64,000 nucleotides of DNA, taken from contig OZ316898.1 in assembly GCA_973895155.1 (NCBI GenBank), positions 35,540 to 99,539 of the forward strand, in the 5' to 3' direction. The notes under the pieces are model-generated. The model was given only the letters and a program-made list of their open reading frames with translations, ran no database searches and was not told where the DNA came from. A program made the translations under genes and the position numbers. Below, piece after piece: positions 23,731 to 36,929 of this stretch (position 1 is the first letter of the stretch; each line of letters begins with the position of its first letter). This stretch comes from Marsupella aquatica (Eukaryota > Plantae > Marchantiophyta).

Positions 23731-26700
23731 GTTGCACACGCCCCCTAGTACTCGCACCCTCAAAACTGGGGGGTACCCTCACCCTCAACCCCCCTAGAAC
23801 CCCTCCCCCACCGTCACCCCCAGCTTGTTACGCCCCCAAATGCTACAATAGGGTTGCACACGCCCCCTAGTACTCGCACCCTCAAAACTGGGGGGTACCC
23901 TCACCCTCAACCCCCATGGAACCCCTCCCCCACCCTCACCCCCAGCTCATTACACCCCCAAATGCTACAGTAGGGTTGGACACGCCCCCTAGTACTCGCA
24001 CCCTCAAAACTGGGGGGCACCCTCACCCTCAACCCCCATGGAACCGCTCCCCCACCCTCACCCCCAGCTCGTTACACCCCCAGCTCGTTACACCCCCAAA
24101 TGCTACAGTAGGCTTGCACACGCCCCCTAGTACTCGCACCCTCAAAACTGGGGGGCACTCTCACCCTCAACCCCCATGGAACCCCTCCCCCACCCTCACC
24201 CCTAGCTTGTTACTCCCCCAAAAGCTACAGTCTGGTGGCACTCGCCCCCTAGTACTCGCACCCTCAAAACTGGGGGCCACCCTCACCCTCAACTCCCATG
24301 GAACCACTCCCCCATCCTCACCCCCAGCTCATTACACCCCCAAATGCTACAGTAGGGTTGCACACGCCCCCTAGTACTCACACCCTCAAAACTGGGGGGC
24401 ACCCTCAGCCTCAACCCCCATGGAATTGAACCGCTCCCCCACCCCCAGCTCGTTACACCCCCAAAAGCTATAGTAGGGTTGCACACGCCCCCTAGTACTC
24501 GCACCCTCAAAACTAGGGGGCACCCTCACCCTCAACCCCCATGGAACCCCACCCCCACCGTCACCCCCAGCTTGTTACACCCCCAAAAGCTACAGTAGGG
24601 TGGCACTCGCCCCCTAGTACGCGCACCCCAAAAATTGGGGGGTACCCCCACCCCTAACCCCTCCAAAATGCACACACAACAAACTAGGGGTGAAACTCAC
24701 CCCCAATATTCCCAAATCTCACTAGTACTTAAAAAACTGGGGATGACACCCTAAACCCTAAACTTAAATTTTTGGGTTTTGTGTTAAACGGTTGCTGTTT
24801 GACAAAGCACTACTCTCCATAACTGATGGTGTACAATTGCTTTTTGGATATACATGCGATGAAAGAAACCAGTGTAATCATTCATAGTTTTACTAGCAAT
24901 GTCGCTAGCAAGAATAGTACACATTGTAACATTGCAATAGGACAAACTGTTCAAACATTTATTCCAAATTCAACCCAACCGTTTTGAGATATAACTTTGT
25001 TACACACCAAACGTCCGAGAACTCTTGGAACTTCGAGGTCAAGGGTCCGGACTCAGGAGAACTAGATTGTTACAAAATGTCTATGCCCTAGAAGCTGGAC
25101 TACTGATCATGGACTTCTGATCAAGGACTTGCTGCCTTGTATGCATCGGAATCGGAGTCAGAAATCGTATCATAGTCGGATGAAGCGAGTACATTTTCCG
25201 TCCAATAGTTGTGAATCTCCAGGTCCCTCCAGTATGACTCCTCTCTCTTCTGCTTCTCTGATACCCCCTTAGTGAGGGGAACATTTGAGCGAGAAGACAA
25301 GGGAGTTTGGGAGACCGACTTGGAAGATGTCTCCTTAGAAGGTGTCATTACCTGTGATTCCTTGCAGACAAAGGGAAAGACTCAAGTGGAAGAAGATGTA
25401 CTACTCTTCATTGCATGGTTATACTACTCTGCTTTGGTTGAGGTTAGCTTGGCGGGGAGTCTAGTGGACCGTTTGTTTTGGCGTTATATCGGAGGACTTT
25501 GAGAATCCATTTTGGAGGAGCTTTACCCTGTTCCGTGCTATTTCTCTTTGTAACTGAAACCAATGCGATTCAGATTATTTATAATCTTATGCAAGATCTA
25601 CTTATGTCGACAAACCAGAAAGCAGATGACATTCAATACCTCAAAGATGACCAAATAGCAGGGAGAAAAGTGACAGAGAACGTAGATACCTCAATCCGGA
25701 ACCGACTTACAAATCCCTGGTGCGTATGATTGCCGAGGAACTCTTTGCAATGCTGCAATGACAGTAGAACATGACAGGCCTTCGAGTCCCGCAAAGAGAA
25801 GAAGAGAAGCGCGTTTGGAGTCTCGCGGTGAAGAGAAGGAGAGCGCAAAACAATGACCGAAATGGAAGGAATGGAAATGGTTCGGAAGGTCCGAGTGAGA
25901 TATAGGGGATGGTGGAAAGCGGGAGATCCTACACAACGGTTTCAGGATCCGGTCTGTTAGGGGGTACGATGAGTGTCACGCTTGATAGCGTATGGAGCTT
26001 TGGATTCTGTCCGGGGATGCGCTCCCAACATTGCTTTAGTCAAAGACCGTTATTCCCAGTCCGTTCTCATGATGCATTTTTCACGTTGTTAAAGACCGCA
26101 CACCAAAGTTCGTGGGAGAATTATGGGCTGCACGATGGCTAGCGATTTTGCTGGCCTGATGTACTTTCAAATAGTAGGGTCAATTCTGGTTGGTTTGAGT
26201 GGCCGGTTGTGCGAGAAATACATGATATGTACAAATATACTGCCGACGATAGGTTTCGTAATGTAATAATGAAGTTTATGTTGTAAAACAAATTACTTTT
26301 AGGCTAGCGAGTGTCAATTCATGCTACAGAGGTAATTTCCATGCCAGATTTTGCATATGGCAAGGAGAAAATGTTCCAGGAGGAATTTTTTTACTGTTTA
26401 CTCGCACGTTACAATGACCCGCTGAAACTGGCATCCTTACAGGTCATCAAAGCTTAGACCCGGTCGAGCTAGCGGAGCAGGCGATAGGGAACTTTAGGAA
26501 GATGGACGAACAAGCCAAGGCACTAGCATGGAGACACAGAGCAAAAAGAACTAGAGAGCACAACGAGGCCTGCTTAAGAGAAGCAGCTACTGCTCAAATT
26601 AGATTAGGAGAATTTGGTGAGGCTCCTAGTGGGGCTTTTGGTGAAAGGGGGCAATGTTGACTCTCGTACAGAAAAGCCAAGAGGTGGGCTGACTGCTCTC

Positions 26701-28900
26701 TTGCGAAAGAAACCAACGGTGAAGGATAGGCTGGCTCGCAGGCTACTGAATGGGCGTGTCACGGATGCAACTGTTAGTCAGCTAGCCAGGGATCAAGATG
26801 CAGCTTACCGTGAATCATTTCGCAATCAGTGGACAATGAAGTAGTTGTCTTCATGAGTCCTTCAAAAGGTTCCAGATTATGTGTGTAGTCAACTGGACCA
26901 TAGAAACTGATCGAGGCGAACGTCCTGGTACAGTTTTTAAAGTTCCATCTTGAGATTGGTAAGCTGCGAAAGGGGAAACAGTGAGCTAATATGGAAGTTG
27001 TCAAGCTTATTCTAAGACTTCCGCAGGTTTCTGAAAGGAAGACTGGGAGTAAACTAAAGAGAGATATGGAAGACTTTACCTGGTGAGTTAAGGCAACTCA
27101 TAGAAGAAGTTTTCTTTATGGCATCTGAATTTCAGGACTTGTGAGTCTCAAAATTTATCAGTCCGGCCGCGGTGTTAATGGCAAAGGACCGTCCTGAGAT
27201 TTGCGTTGGTTGCCGAATACTATCCATCGTTTGAAAGTTTGGCAGTTGAATGAGAGGGGGCTTCTTTTTTGCGTCATATGAACTACGTTGTAAAGGGCAG
27301 AATGTACAGAAGAATTGCATTTAGTGTAGTTCTGTATTTGTTTTGACAGCTCGGTCTGATTATTTCATAGTGGATTGCTGTCAGGTTTTGGAAAGGAAGA
27401 AGTGAAGGCTCACGCAACCATGCCTCTCAGATCAATCTCTTGGAAGACCATTATTGGGATTAAATTGTCAGATTTCGTACATGATCTCACGACTTGCAGA
27501 GTGAGCAAGGCAGATATGTCAAAGATAGTTCAAAAGGATCTCACAATGAAAAAGAGTATCTAATTGGCAGCCGATGTAGGTATGCAGTAGTTCCTATTTG
27601 GGGGAAACTCTAGCAGCTGTAGCTTATTCTGCTAACTTCCCACTCAGTTTCCGATGCAAAGGGAGAATCTCCTGTTCATTGACGATTGGGCTCAAACCCA
27701 TTGATATTTTAAACTCTCCTGTGCCCTTCTTGGTCCCGTGTGTCCTCATTCTTGATTGGGTCATTATTTGGCATCTTGTACTCTGTCCTTTCCGTTCCCA
27801 AGTGGGGGATTTTAGACTTGAAAATCAATCTATTCGACAAAAATCAACGGAGGATTCATCATCCCAAACTACTGAATGTCTTTGGACCTCGTTGCTACTG
27901 TAAGTGCAGAGAAGTACATTAAAGTATGCTTACATGTGGAGCATCACTCAATTTGTGCCTCTAGTTGCTACTTCCTATCCTGTTCCATCAAAACTAATGG
28001 TATGATCGAAGGCAAAGTTCTGGCAAGGCAGAGTGAAAAAGGGGGCAACGTGGCTCTCGTCTGCCATCTTCGTGCAAATTTTGCATACCAACAATGCTAT
28101 GCAAATTGTGTATACTAACTGCATTAGACCCAATTTTGGACAGTCAAGTCCATGTCATATGGTGACAACTGATTCACCCATAGTTTCTCTGGCTTCTCCT
28201 ATATGGGGACACCTGATCCTATGGTTTCTCTGACTTCTCCAATTACAATTGGGTTTTGTTATTGCATCTGTCAGTCAATGAAGATTTGGAGAAGAAAAAA
28301 CATAGGGCAGTCTCCTCCAAGGAGAGACAGTTGATGCCAATCAACAGCAATCGACTTGACAGAACTCAACAAATATGGAAGATAGAAATGTATCAGTTAT
28401 ACTTGCGTGTCAAGAAGTAAAATTTAATACAAAAATGTTAAATGTTCTCTTAGGGTGTCATCAGTTGATCGTTGATTGTGTCTTCAAAGTTGGCCACCAA
28501 CTGTCACTCCAACACACCCCTCTCATGAAATGTGAACTATAGTCATCACTATCTTCAGGGTTTTGAGGCCCAAATCTCAGCAAGGAATGCGGTCTTGGCA
28601 TTGCCTGAGAAACAAGAAGCACCTACTTTTCAGACTAACTGAAACAGACACACAACACCAGAAAACAGCAGATCAACACTATCATGCCTGCCACCTAACG
28701 TATCCATGTGAAGTGCATTGGAGATTGAAAAGATCAACATCCACAAGAAGTGACCGAGTTGTAGTCATCTAGACTAAGATCAATGGGCAAAACGAAGGGT
28801 AAACCACCCAAGATGAGTATGCTGATGAGAATTGAACACGAATTTCAGGGAAAGCAGATCACCTTCCAATGAGTTACTGATACGAGTATCAGAATCCTGT

Positions 28901-31003
28901 CTACAGCTTTGTGCCAAACACGCGACATCGTTCGCAACGTTTCTTGCAGATATCCTCAAGCATCTTCGCTGCTGCTGTACGCTCCTGCTGCATTTGTTTT
29001 GCCCGGGATCTCATCAATTGACGTTCTTCCGTACCGCCTATAGAAAAGTCATCGAGCCATTCAGCTATAAGTTTCCCGAGTTGGTACATGTCCGATCCCT
29101 TGGTGTATCTTTTCCTTTTGTCATTGTCTTCTTCCAACGTTTCCGCATCCCAACCCGTTAAGTCCTCACCAACCCATACTTCATTGTCGGGTCCAGCAGC
29201 TTCCAAGTCTATGATCACCCATTTCCATTCACCCATATCATTTACTTTGATAACGTTGGGCCACCTTATGTCCCTGTGGGTGTAGCCTTTCATGTGCAAG
29301 TCCGCAAGGCCGCATAACATGTCATGCGTGGCACTTACTAAATCCTTGCAATCCTTAGGCTTTGCAGATCGGTCACCAACAGGTTGTAGTTGCAATACTG
29401 TTTTAGCCCTGGATGGTCGGGCGGATATAAGTTGGATCAGGTACCTGGAACCCTCGATTTTTGCATATAGGCATTTTATCGCGGTCACCTTATCTTTCAT
29501 CAATCGTGGGATTTCCTTCGTCACGAAGTCAGGATAGATCGTCACTGCTCCACCATCATCTCTTGCTATTGGCTTATATAATGACAAGAGGTTTTCACTA
29601 CCCAGTTCTTCCTGTAGTTTCTGTAGGAGACAGTGCATCCGAATGGTGCTATGTAGGAACTTGGCTACGTCGGTCAATACATTCAAGTCATAGAGTTGTG
29701 AGATACTTTCACAAACAATTTCCTTGCCTCGCGGATAGAGCTTCAGCCATTCAAACTGCCTTCCACCGCAGCCACCACCAATCACATAAGGGAGCTTACC
29801 ATAGAACAAAGGGCTCCATGCCTTTAATTTTGAGGTGTTCTCAAGTACAGCCTCGTTCCGAAGTGCCGCGTCTATCGTATTCTCCCATCTGAGAATGAGA
29901 CAACCCCTCACAAACAGCTGAAAATCTGGTCTTAATAGCGGTTTTAGTGGTCGCGATGCTACAGTACTAGTCGGGGGATTGGGTGAATCCAGTAACCAGT
30001 CCAAACCTTGTAATTTTCCGTTTGCTGGAGCCTCCTCATTTAATAATGAGATGAAGTCTCCAGTGAGATTAGCCAATTCATGTGAGCTGGTGGCCTCATT
30101 GCGTGGACAACGACGCATCATCTGTCCGAACACATAATCGCAGAAGGTTGCCAAGTTTTCCGCCGCTGCGGGAGTTTCAAGCTCCACCAGCTCAGAAGTG
30201 CGTATTTTCTGGAAAATTCCAAGATCGTTAGTTGGGAGCGGTACTGGTGTCTGGGACAAAAACTCTGAGAGTTCATGGGTACTTCGTGGGAGCGTCGGAG
30301 GTGGTTCCAACAGTTTCCCAAAATAGCGCTGTCTAGCATCAACAGCAGCTCTTGCGAAGGACAGGACCTCTGGTGACGGTTTTGCCTTTTTTGCAAGTCG
30401 AGCCCCCTCTGCGTACACACCAATCACGAAGTGTTGAAGAGGAAGAGAAAAACAGGAAAGTCATCCAATAATCACTCGAGCAAGGAGTCTACAAATTTGG
30501 CACGATTCCGGCAGAAATGCTTTATCGGTTAGCAAAGCAGGAAGACACAGGACACCTGTAATTGCAAAAGTGCTTTCCAAACAAATGCCAGAGCAAGGGC
30601 GACAGCTGCTGTCCATGATACCCTTGATCACTTTTCAGCAAAGAAAACAAAGCAGCAACAGAGGGGTGCTCAAAGGAAAAAACTCAACGAAAAGACAAAC
30701 CAGAACAAGAACCACAAGATACTGACGAGAAACACATTGCTGTGAAATTCAGTTGGAATTACCATCCGTAGAGTTTCGTTTTTGAAGCCGAATTGCCAAC
30801 TTAATTGCCATTCCCAATCCGTCAGATTCCACTGGGAACACGCGCCGGATTATGGCTTCGAGCTCCAATTCCGACGACTCTAGCAACAGAGGTACTCCGA
30901 CCCAGTCAAGGCATAGTTTCGCAGCAATGTCTCGCAGTCGTGTTTCGTCATGAATAGTTCTCCGAAGCAGGTTCATAATATTTTCTTCTTCACCACTCGC
31001 CAT
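28901..31003 (-). CDS. Crinkler (CRN)-like protein: N-terminal header, REase-like domain, C-terminal protein-kinase-like domain. Two exons (31003-30763, 30408-28901), about 582 aa
   Basis: LRPDF, WSPLFYGKLPYVIG, LQPVG, LHMKGYTHRDIRWPNVI, IDLEAAG, YTKGSDMYQLGKLI. A GT-AG intron at 30762-30409 joins the exons in phase (TD-E-GAR); total CDS 1,749 bp. Confidence 0.72.
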
Positions 31004-32149
31004 TGGATCTTGCAGGCTGAACAATATACTGCTTACTTCTTCAGATATATGCTATGAAACCAGGCAGAGACAAGACAGCCACAAACGCAAGTTATAACAA
31101 AAGAAAGCACATACAAATGACAAGCAGAAACGAAACCCTCGGGTTGACAGAAATCGTAGCAACAGAGGAAGCGACAGAGGAAAGAGCACCACAAGGATGA
31201 AAACTACGGTACAAGGCCGTGAAACTCACCATCCACCAAACCCTGGATCACCGAAAACCCAGTCCAAATCCTGCAAACGCACGATGTAAGGCCATTTGAT
31301 CCGCAGTGTATCATGACAATCAATTAAACATGCAACGATTCACCACCTCAAAATTTCCAAACCAGACTGCTAGCGAATCCGCCTCACTTCAGTCTATGCC
31401 GAACAGACCAGTATACCGAATGCTCGGACTCTTTATGCCGACGGCCTCCTCGGTCGGCAGACAAGGAGTTGATCCGTTCCCGACCAGTTGTGCCTTGTGT
31501 AAACCCCCGGGCCTATATTTGAGACCTCCCAATGTTGATCCGTTGCCGACCTGTTGTGCCTTGTGTAACCTCCGGGTCTATATTTGAGAACCCCTATGTA
31601 TATGTTTATGGTCCTTCCTTACTCCTTGTACTTAGCCCTCCATTCGGGATCGCCCTTCATGATGCAAATCTTGGTCCTTCATTCAGGCTGCTCTACCCGC
31701 GGCCAATCTGGGCCGTCCATTCAGGGCGCTCAATCCGCGGCTAATCTCTGCCCTCCATTTAAAAATGAACGGCCCAGATTGTTAGGGTTGAGGGCGTTCC
31801 TGCATCGCCATCCAACGGACAGCTGCTATTGGACGGCCCAGATTTTGTTCAATGGGCCGGTGGTTTCCTGGGCGGGCGTTAATCTAGGAGAGCAGCAGGA
31901 TGTGGCCACTTCCCATTTCACTTTCTGGAAACGCCGTCAGGCTGGAAGTTTGTCGTCTGTGCAGGAGCCATTTCCGTCTCGGCCGGGATGAGCTTTCTCT
32001 CGCATTCTAGTCATTCTTCTTCGTGCCTCTCATTCCGTGTTCATCGAGAGCTTGAGTAGATTCGGGTGTTTTGTCTGGGCTCAGGTTGACCGGCTGCGGT
32101 GAATGTGGGTTCGGCTGTGCGTTGACAGTTGGAGCGCAACTCAGCTTGC

Positions 32150-32500
32150 TCTTTTTTTTCTTCTTCTTTTTTTCCCTTTTTTTCAATAAAACCCGCGAAA
32201 CCCCGCGGGAAAGGAGGACCAAACAGGCCAGGGCAAAGCCCACAAAGCCCCAAAACGGAAAGAAAGCCAGGTGGCCAGCACCAAAGCCAAGCGAAGACAA
32301 AGTCAAGTGAAATCATGGCCAAGCAAAAACCTGAAACTAACTTCGAGTCAGCCCCAAAGTGAGGGGGAAGACAAAAAGCCTACTTCATCTGTGTCATAGG
32401 TAAGTGACACACTAAGGTCGCAGGCAAAGGAGCCCAGGGGACCCATCCAGGCATACCCAAAGACAACCGAGCCCCAGCCAAAGGAGCAAAGCACCTACAA
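32150..32500 (-). mobile_element. Possible short LINE 3'-UTR remnant
   Basis: T-rich tail followed by A/C-rich sequence, similar in character to the L1 3' UTR at 36940-37165. No TSD found. Confidence 0.3.
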
Positions 32501-33989
32501 TCAAGGCAGGAATATCCTAATCCTAAATCTTAATATATTTCTAACCAGGGAATAGAAAGCACCTCTCAGAGGGTAATTGTAACATGCGAGCAAATAGTAG
32601 AATTTTTGCTTGCACAGACAAGTTTTCCCCTTGTATTGGGCCCCAAAATCAGGTCCGGAATCTTCCTCGCTAGCATGAAGACCCCGTTTGATCATAAAAA
32701 AGGAGAAGATAATGACATAGAAAATGAGTAAACATGAGCATGTTCTAGTCCCTTGAATGTACTGGGAGAAAACATTTGGACCAATTTTTACGAGGCAACT
32801 CTAGCCACCTGTTTTTACCTCCATGTCCGATCATTCAAAATGACATTTGCTTCAGGCCAGCAAAATCGCTAGTCCAATCACACCAACACTTTGGGCCACT
32901 CACACGAGGTACGGGCTCCAGATACAGGCTCCCACATGTGAAAATTCCCACCCAAGGCAAAGCAAAAACGGAAAAGTATAGCGCAATTCCCGCGTGACAA
33001 GAATCCGCATCTCATTACTGACGAGTCAAGGATGATTAAGGCCGTTTGGAACCTAATCAAGTCACTTGCGAGTAAACGGGACAATTACCGTTTGAACCAC
33101 GTACAGGCGAATGCAAGGCGAACCCTCCACTTAAACAAAGCCAGTCACCCTAAAACCTCCAGTCTTTGGAATCATTCTCCCGATCATTTCCACCGCCTCC
33201 GTCTTGAGCTCGTTGATTTGGAACTGCTATTAGTATTACAAGTCCTCAACGCTCACCAGATCAAGTTCAGGTACGCGCCTCTCTGATCTTTTTTCAGTGA
33301 AGAACTCTGCGTCAAGGCATTCATTGTTTTTTAGCGTGGAAAGGCTTTTCATTTCACAAATGGCGTTCATTTTTAATCACTGTTTGGTTCTTGTAAGTGC
33401 AGAGACATGTCAGGGGTTCCAACCATTCCTCCTAATGGGAAATGACGACTTGAGGTCCGTCGTTTCAACCCGGCAACGGATGGCCCTCTAGAAGACGACT
33501 CTCCGCCGAAGCGTCAAACCAATGTGTCCCAAATCCACACTGGGAATGTTAGTCCCCAGGCCTTCGGCTTTATACATCACACATTAAAGTCTTAGTACCA
33601 CTTTATGCCAATAATACCGTACTTTCAGGCTTAGAACTTGGGCGGTACATCAGACGTTAAAGTACCCGTACTTTACGCCAAGAATACCGTTCCGGACAAC
33701 GTGCGTACCATATAACGATCATAGAATCCGGAGCGTACATATAACAACTGTACCACAAAGAAGGTACCTATTTGCTAGCGGCCACCAAGAAGGTACAGAT
33801 TCTGCACATGTACAAGGTACATATTTGCCAGCAGCCGCCAAGAAGGTACATGCAAACTCTTGGGATGTAGTATATTCTCCAAGATTCCGTCCGGCCTTGC
33901 CTAAAACATTTCTTCTTCTTCTGTCGTGTGGCTTATAATCCCCTCTGCAAATATGCCTGACTTGAAGGATGAATAAATAGCCTTCCGAC

Positions 33990-35030
33990 TTCCTACTCGG
34001 CGAGGGTCTTTGACATGCAGTCGTGCTATCTGGCAAGCCTCTTTGTGGTGGATTAGGGACTTCCTCGGTCGTTGAGTGTCATTTACTTTTCATCCCAAGT
34101 CATTCTCGGCGGGGGTCTCCAAGATTTTGAGATGGATTCTCATAGACTTTTATCTAGAATCCTACTCGGCGAGGGTCTCTGACATGCGGTTGCGCTATCT
34201 GGCGAGCCTCTCTGTGGTGGATTAGGGACTTCCTCGGTCATTGAGTGTCATTTACTTTTCATCCCAAGTCATTCTCGGCGGGAGTCTCCGAGATTTTGAG
34301 ATGGATTCTCATAGACTTTTATCTAGAATCCTACTCGGCGAGGGTCTCTGACATGCGGTCGCGCTATCTGGTGAGCCTCTCTGTGGTGGATTAGGGACTT
34401 CCTTGGTCGCTGAGTGTCATTTACTTTTCATCCCAAGTCATTCTCGGCGGGGGTCTCCGAGATTTTGAGATGGATTCTCATAGACTTTTACCTAGAATCC
34501 TACTCGGCGAGGGTCTCTGACATGCAGTCGCGCTATCTGGCGAGCCTCTCTGTGGTGGATTAGGGACTTCCTTGGTCGCTGAGTGTCATTTACTTTTCAT
34601 CCCAAGTCATTCTCGGCGGGGGTCTCCGAGATTTTGAGATGGATTCTCATAGACTTTTACCTAGAATCCTACTCGGCGAGGGTCTCTGACATGCGGTTGC
34701 GCTATCTGGCGAGCCTCTCTGTGGTGGATTAGGGACTTCCTTGGTCGCTGAGTGTTATTTACTTTTCATCCCAAGTCATTCTCGGCGGGGGTCTCCGAGA
34801 TTTTGAGATGGATTCTCATAGACTTTTACCTAGAATCCTACTCGGCGAGGGTCTCTGACATGCGGTTGCGCTATCTGGCGAGCCTCTCTGTGGTGGATTA
34901 GGGACTTCCTTGGTCGCTGAGTGTCATTTACTTTTCATCCCAAGTCATTCTCGGCGGGGGTCTCTGAGATTCTGAGATGGATTCTCATAGACTTTTACCT
35001 AGAATCCTACTCGGCGAGGGTCTCTGACAT
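33990..35030. repeat. 169-bp tandem array, about 6 units
   Basis: CCTACTCGGCGAGGGTCT recurs at about 33991, 34161, 34330, 34499, 34668, 34837 and 35006. Confidence 0.92.
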
Positions 35031-35310
35031 TTAGTTTCCACCCTAAATTATTCTTGGTGGGGGTCTCTGAGATGGACTCAGGTCATTTGGGCAACAGTAT
35101 TTGTACTCGGCGAGCCTCTCTGAGATGGTAGATTTGTATGGACACACGATCCATACAGAATTACATTGTAAAAACATTGAAAAGTATTGTACGGTCAGTT
35201 TTTGCATGCACTTTTGGGTTCATCCTTGTATTTTGGTGAGGGTCTGACATCGAATGTGGGATAGAACCAATTTGGGTCCTTCATTTGAAACGGAATACCC
35301 TTAATTTCAT

Positions 35311-35738
35311 CCCGTTCGAACAGGCATCCCCAGAAATGTGCCGCTTGATTGACGTTGCTCATACCCTCCTTAGGTCGATCGTCGGTATCTACTCTCTCCC
35401 CGAGTGCTTGCCTAAGCAGCTGACAGTAGTTGGCCTCCCGTAGTCGTCTGCCTAGTTCGTGCTCGCAAATGAGCCACCATCTCCTACAAGCGCTCCTTAC
35501 CCCTCTCCTCTGCCGGTCCTTCTTCCCGTTGATCCTTCCTAGCCGCCGACGCTTAACGCGCCCTAACCCTAATCGAGTTTTCACCCTCAGCGTCCTTACC
35601 TCCGGCCTCGGCCCGGGTTCCATGGTTGCCCCTAATGGTTTATATTTTCCTTGTTTTGTCCCTATACTAAGGTGTTCCTAGGGTGCCTTCCTGCTTTACC
35701 CACTTAACTGGCCGAGTGATTCCTGTCTAGGCATCACA
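35311..35738 (-). mobile_element. Truncated 5' end (~430 bp) of the coding LTR
   Basis: Matches the start of the LTR (TGTGATGCCTAGACAGG) and the first ~100 codons of the LTR ORF (MEPGPRPEVR...FWGCLFER). Confidence 0.9.
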
Positions 35739-36929
35739 TGCACTTATATTCTATCCGCTGCTAACATTGCATCGCAGACCGAGGACCTTAAGAAGAAATT
35801 TGCTCTTAAGGAGGCTCAAGGCGAGCCCCTTTCCAAGGCTGCACAGGACTTAGCAATGCGTGACATGATGAAAGAACAACTTGCTGATTGGAATGTGAAA
35901 GTTCCAAAGATCGGTCCATTACTAAATCCTGAGTTTGGAGACTTTTTCAAGAAATGTGTTGAAATGCATAACTACTGCGAGAACGAGAGAAAGGAGGCCC
36001 AGAGAACAGATGACAAAGGCAGGGGAAATGTTTCTTGTGGTCTTGATCGAGCTCGATTGTTCACTAGTGTGACCTCTTTATCCCCAGAGCTCCGATGTAC
36101 ACTCCTGGAGGCACAGTGTCGTCCTGAGCTTCGGAAAAAATTCTTTCATCCAGGTCAATTCTCAGATGGTGAGACTAAGCTTTGGCTTCATCGTTGGGCA
36201 GTGTGGGAGCAAGTCGAGTCAATTTCGTCTTCCCTCATGTCTGAAATTGTTTCTGAGGTAATGCCTATTGTCCCTGAGTCGAGGATCCTTACGTCTTCAG
36301 AGAAGACGAAAGCTTCGCTAATCCTTGACATTGAGGAGGATTTTGAGGATTTCCAAACTCGTGTGAAAACTCATTTTTTCAAGCAGATTTGGCCACCCAA
36401 GACAGGAGAGAAGGTAGACATTAAATTGTTTTGGAGGAGAGCAAAGAGATACCCGTATCGATTTTTTGTAGACAGAGAAGTAGCAGACAAATTTTACTGG
36501 TGGTCCTACCCAGCCTGTTTCTCCCCATGGATAGCTGGGGTTAAAGAGGACCCTACAAGTGATAAGTTTGGGAATATTGTATGTTTCCTTGCTAGGGAAG
36601 TGAAGCTCCGAGGAGATTGAGCGAGTGGGAGGTTCTTCATTGTCCATGGTATTTGGACTTGGACAAATGGTCTGTGACATTTGACACTGCAGAGAAAGCA
36701 ACTCTTCACATGATCAATCGAGGATTCCTTCCGGAATCTTACATCTCCGAGTCCAAATAGGCACCCACTGATGCTGAAGTTGGTGGTTGCGAGGCGATGG
36801 AAAAAGCTTGTCTTGGTGTAGCTGCCATAGTGGATAGGAGTTGAGCACGGAAGCCAAGAAAAGGAGCATTGAAGGACACATCCAAAGATGGGTCCCAGAT
36901 TTCCGGAAAGCCAAGTAAGTCTGTTAATT

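Larger units (their letters stand above)
19240..24670. repeat. C-rich ~120-140-bp tandem array (about 10 units) split by a solo LTR (19513-23730)
   Basis: Unit core GTTGCACACGCCCCCTAGTACTCGCACCCTCAAAACTGGGGG occurs on both sides of the insertion. Confidence 0.88.

Noticed and set aside
17616-35030. Tandem arrays (111, ~120, 169 bp) as CRISPR-like loci
   Set aside because: No unique spacers, no cas genes, eukaryotic context.
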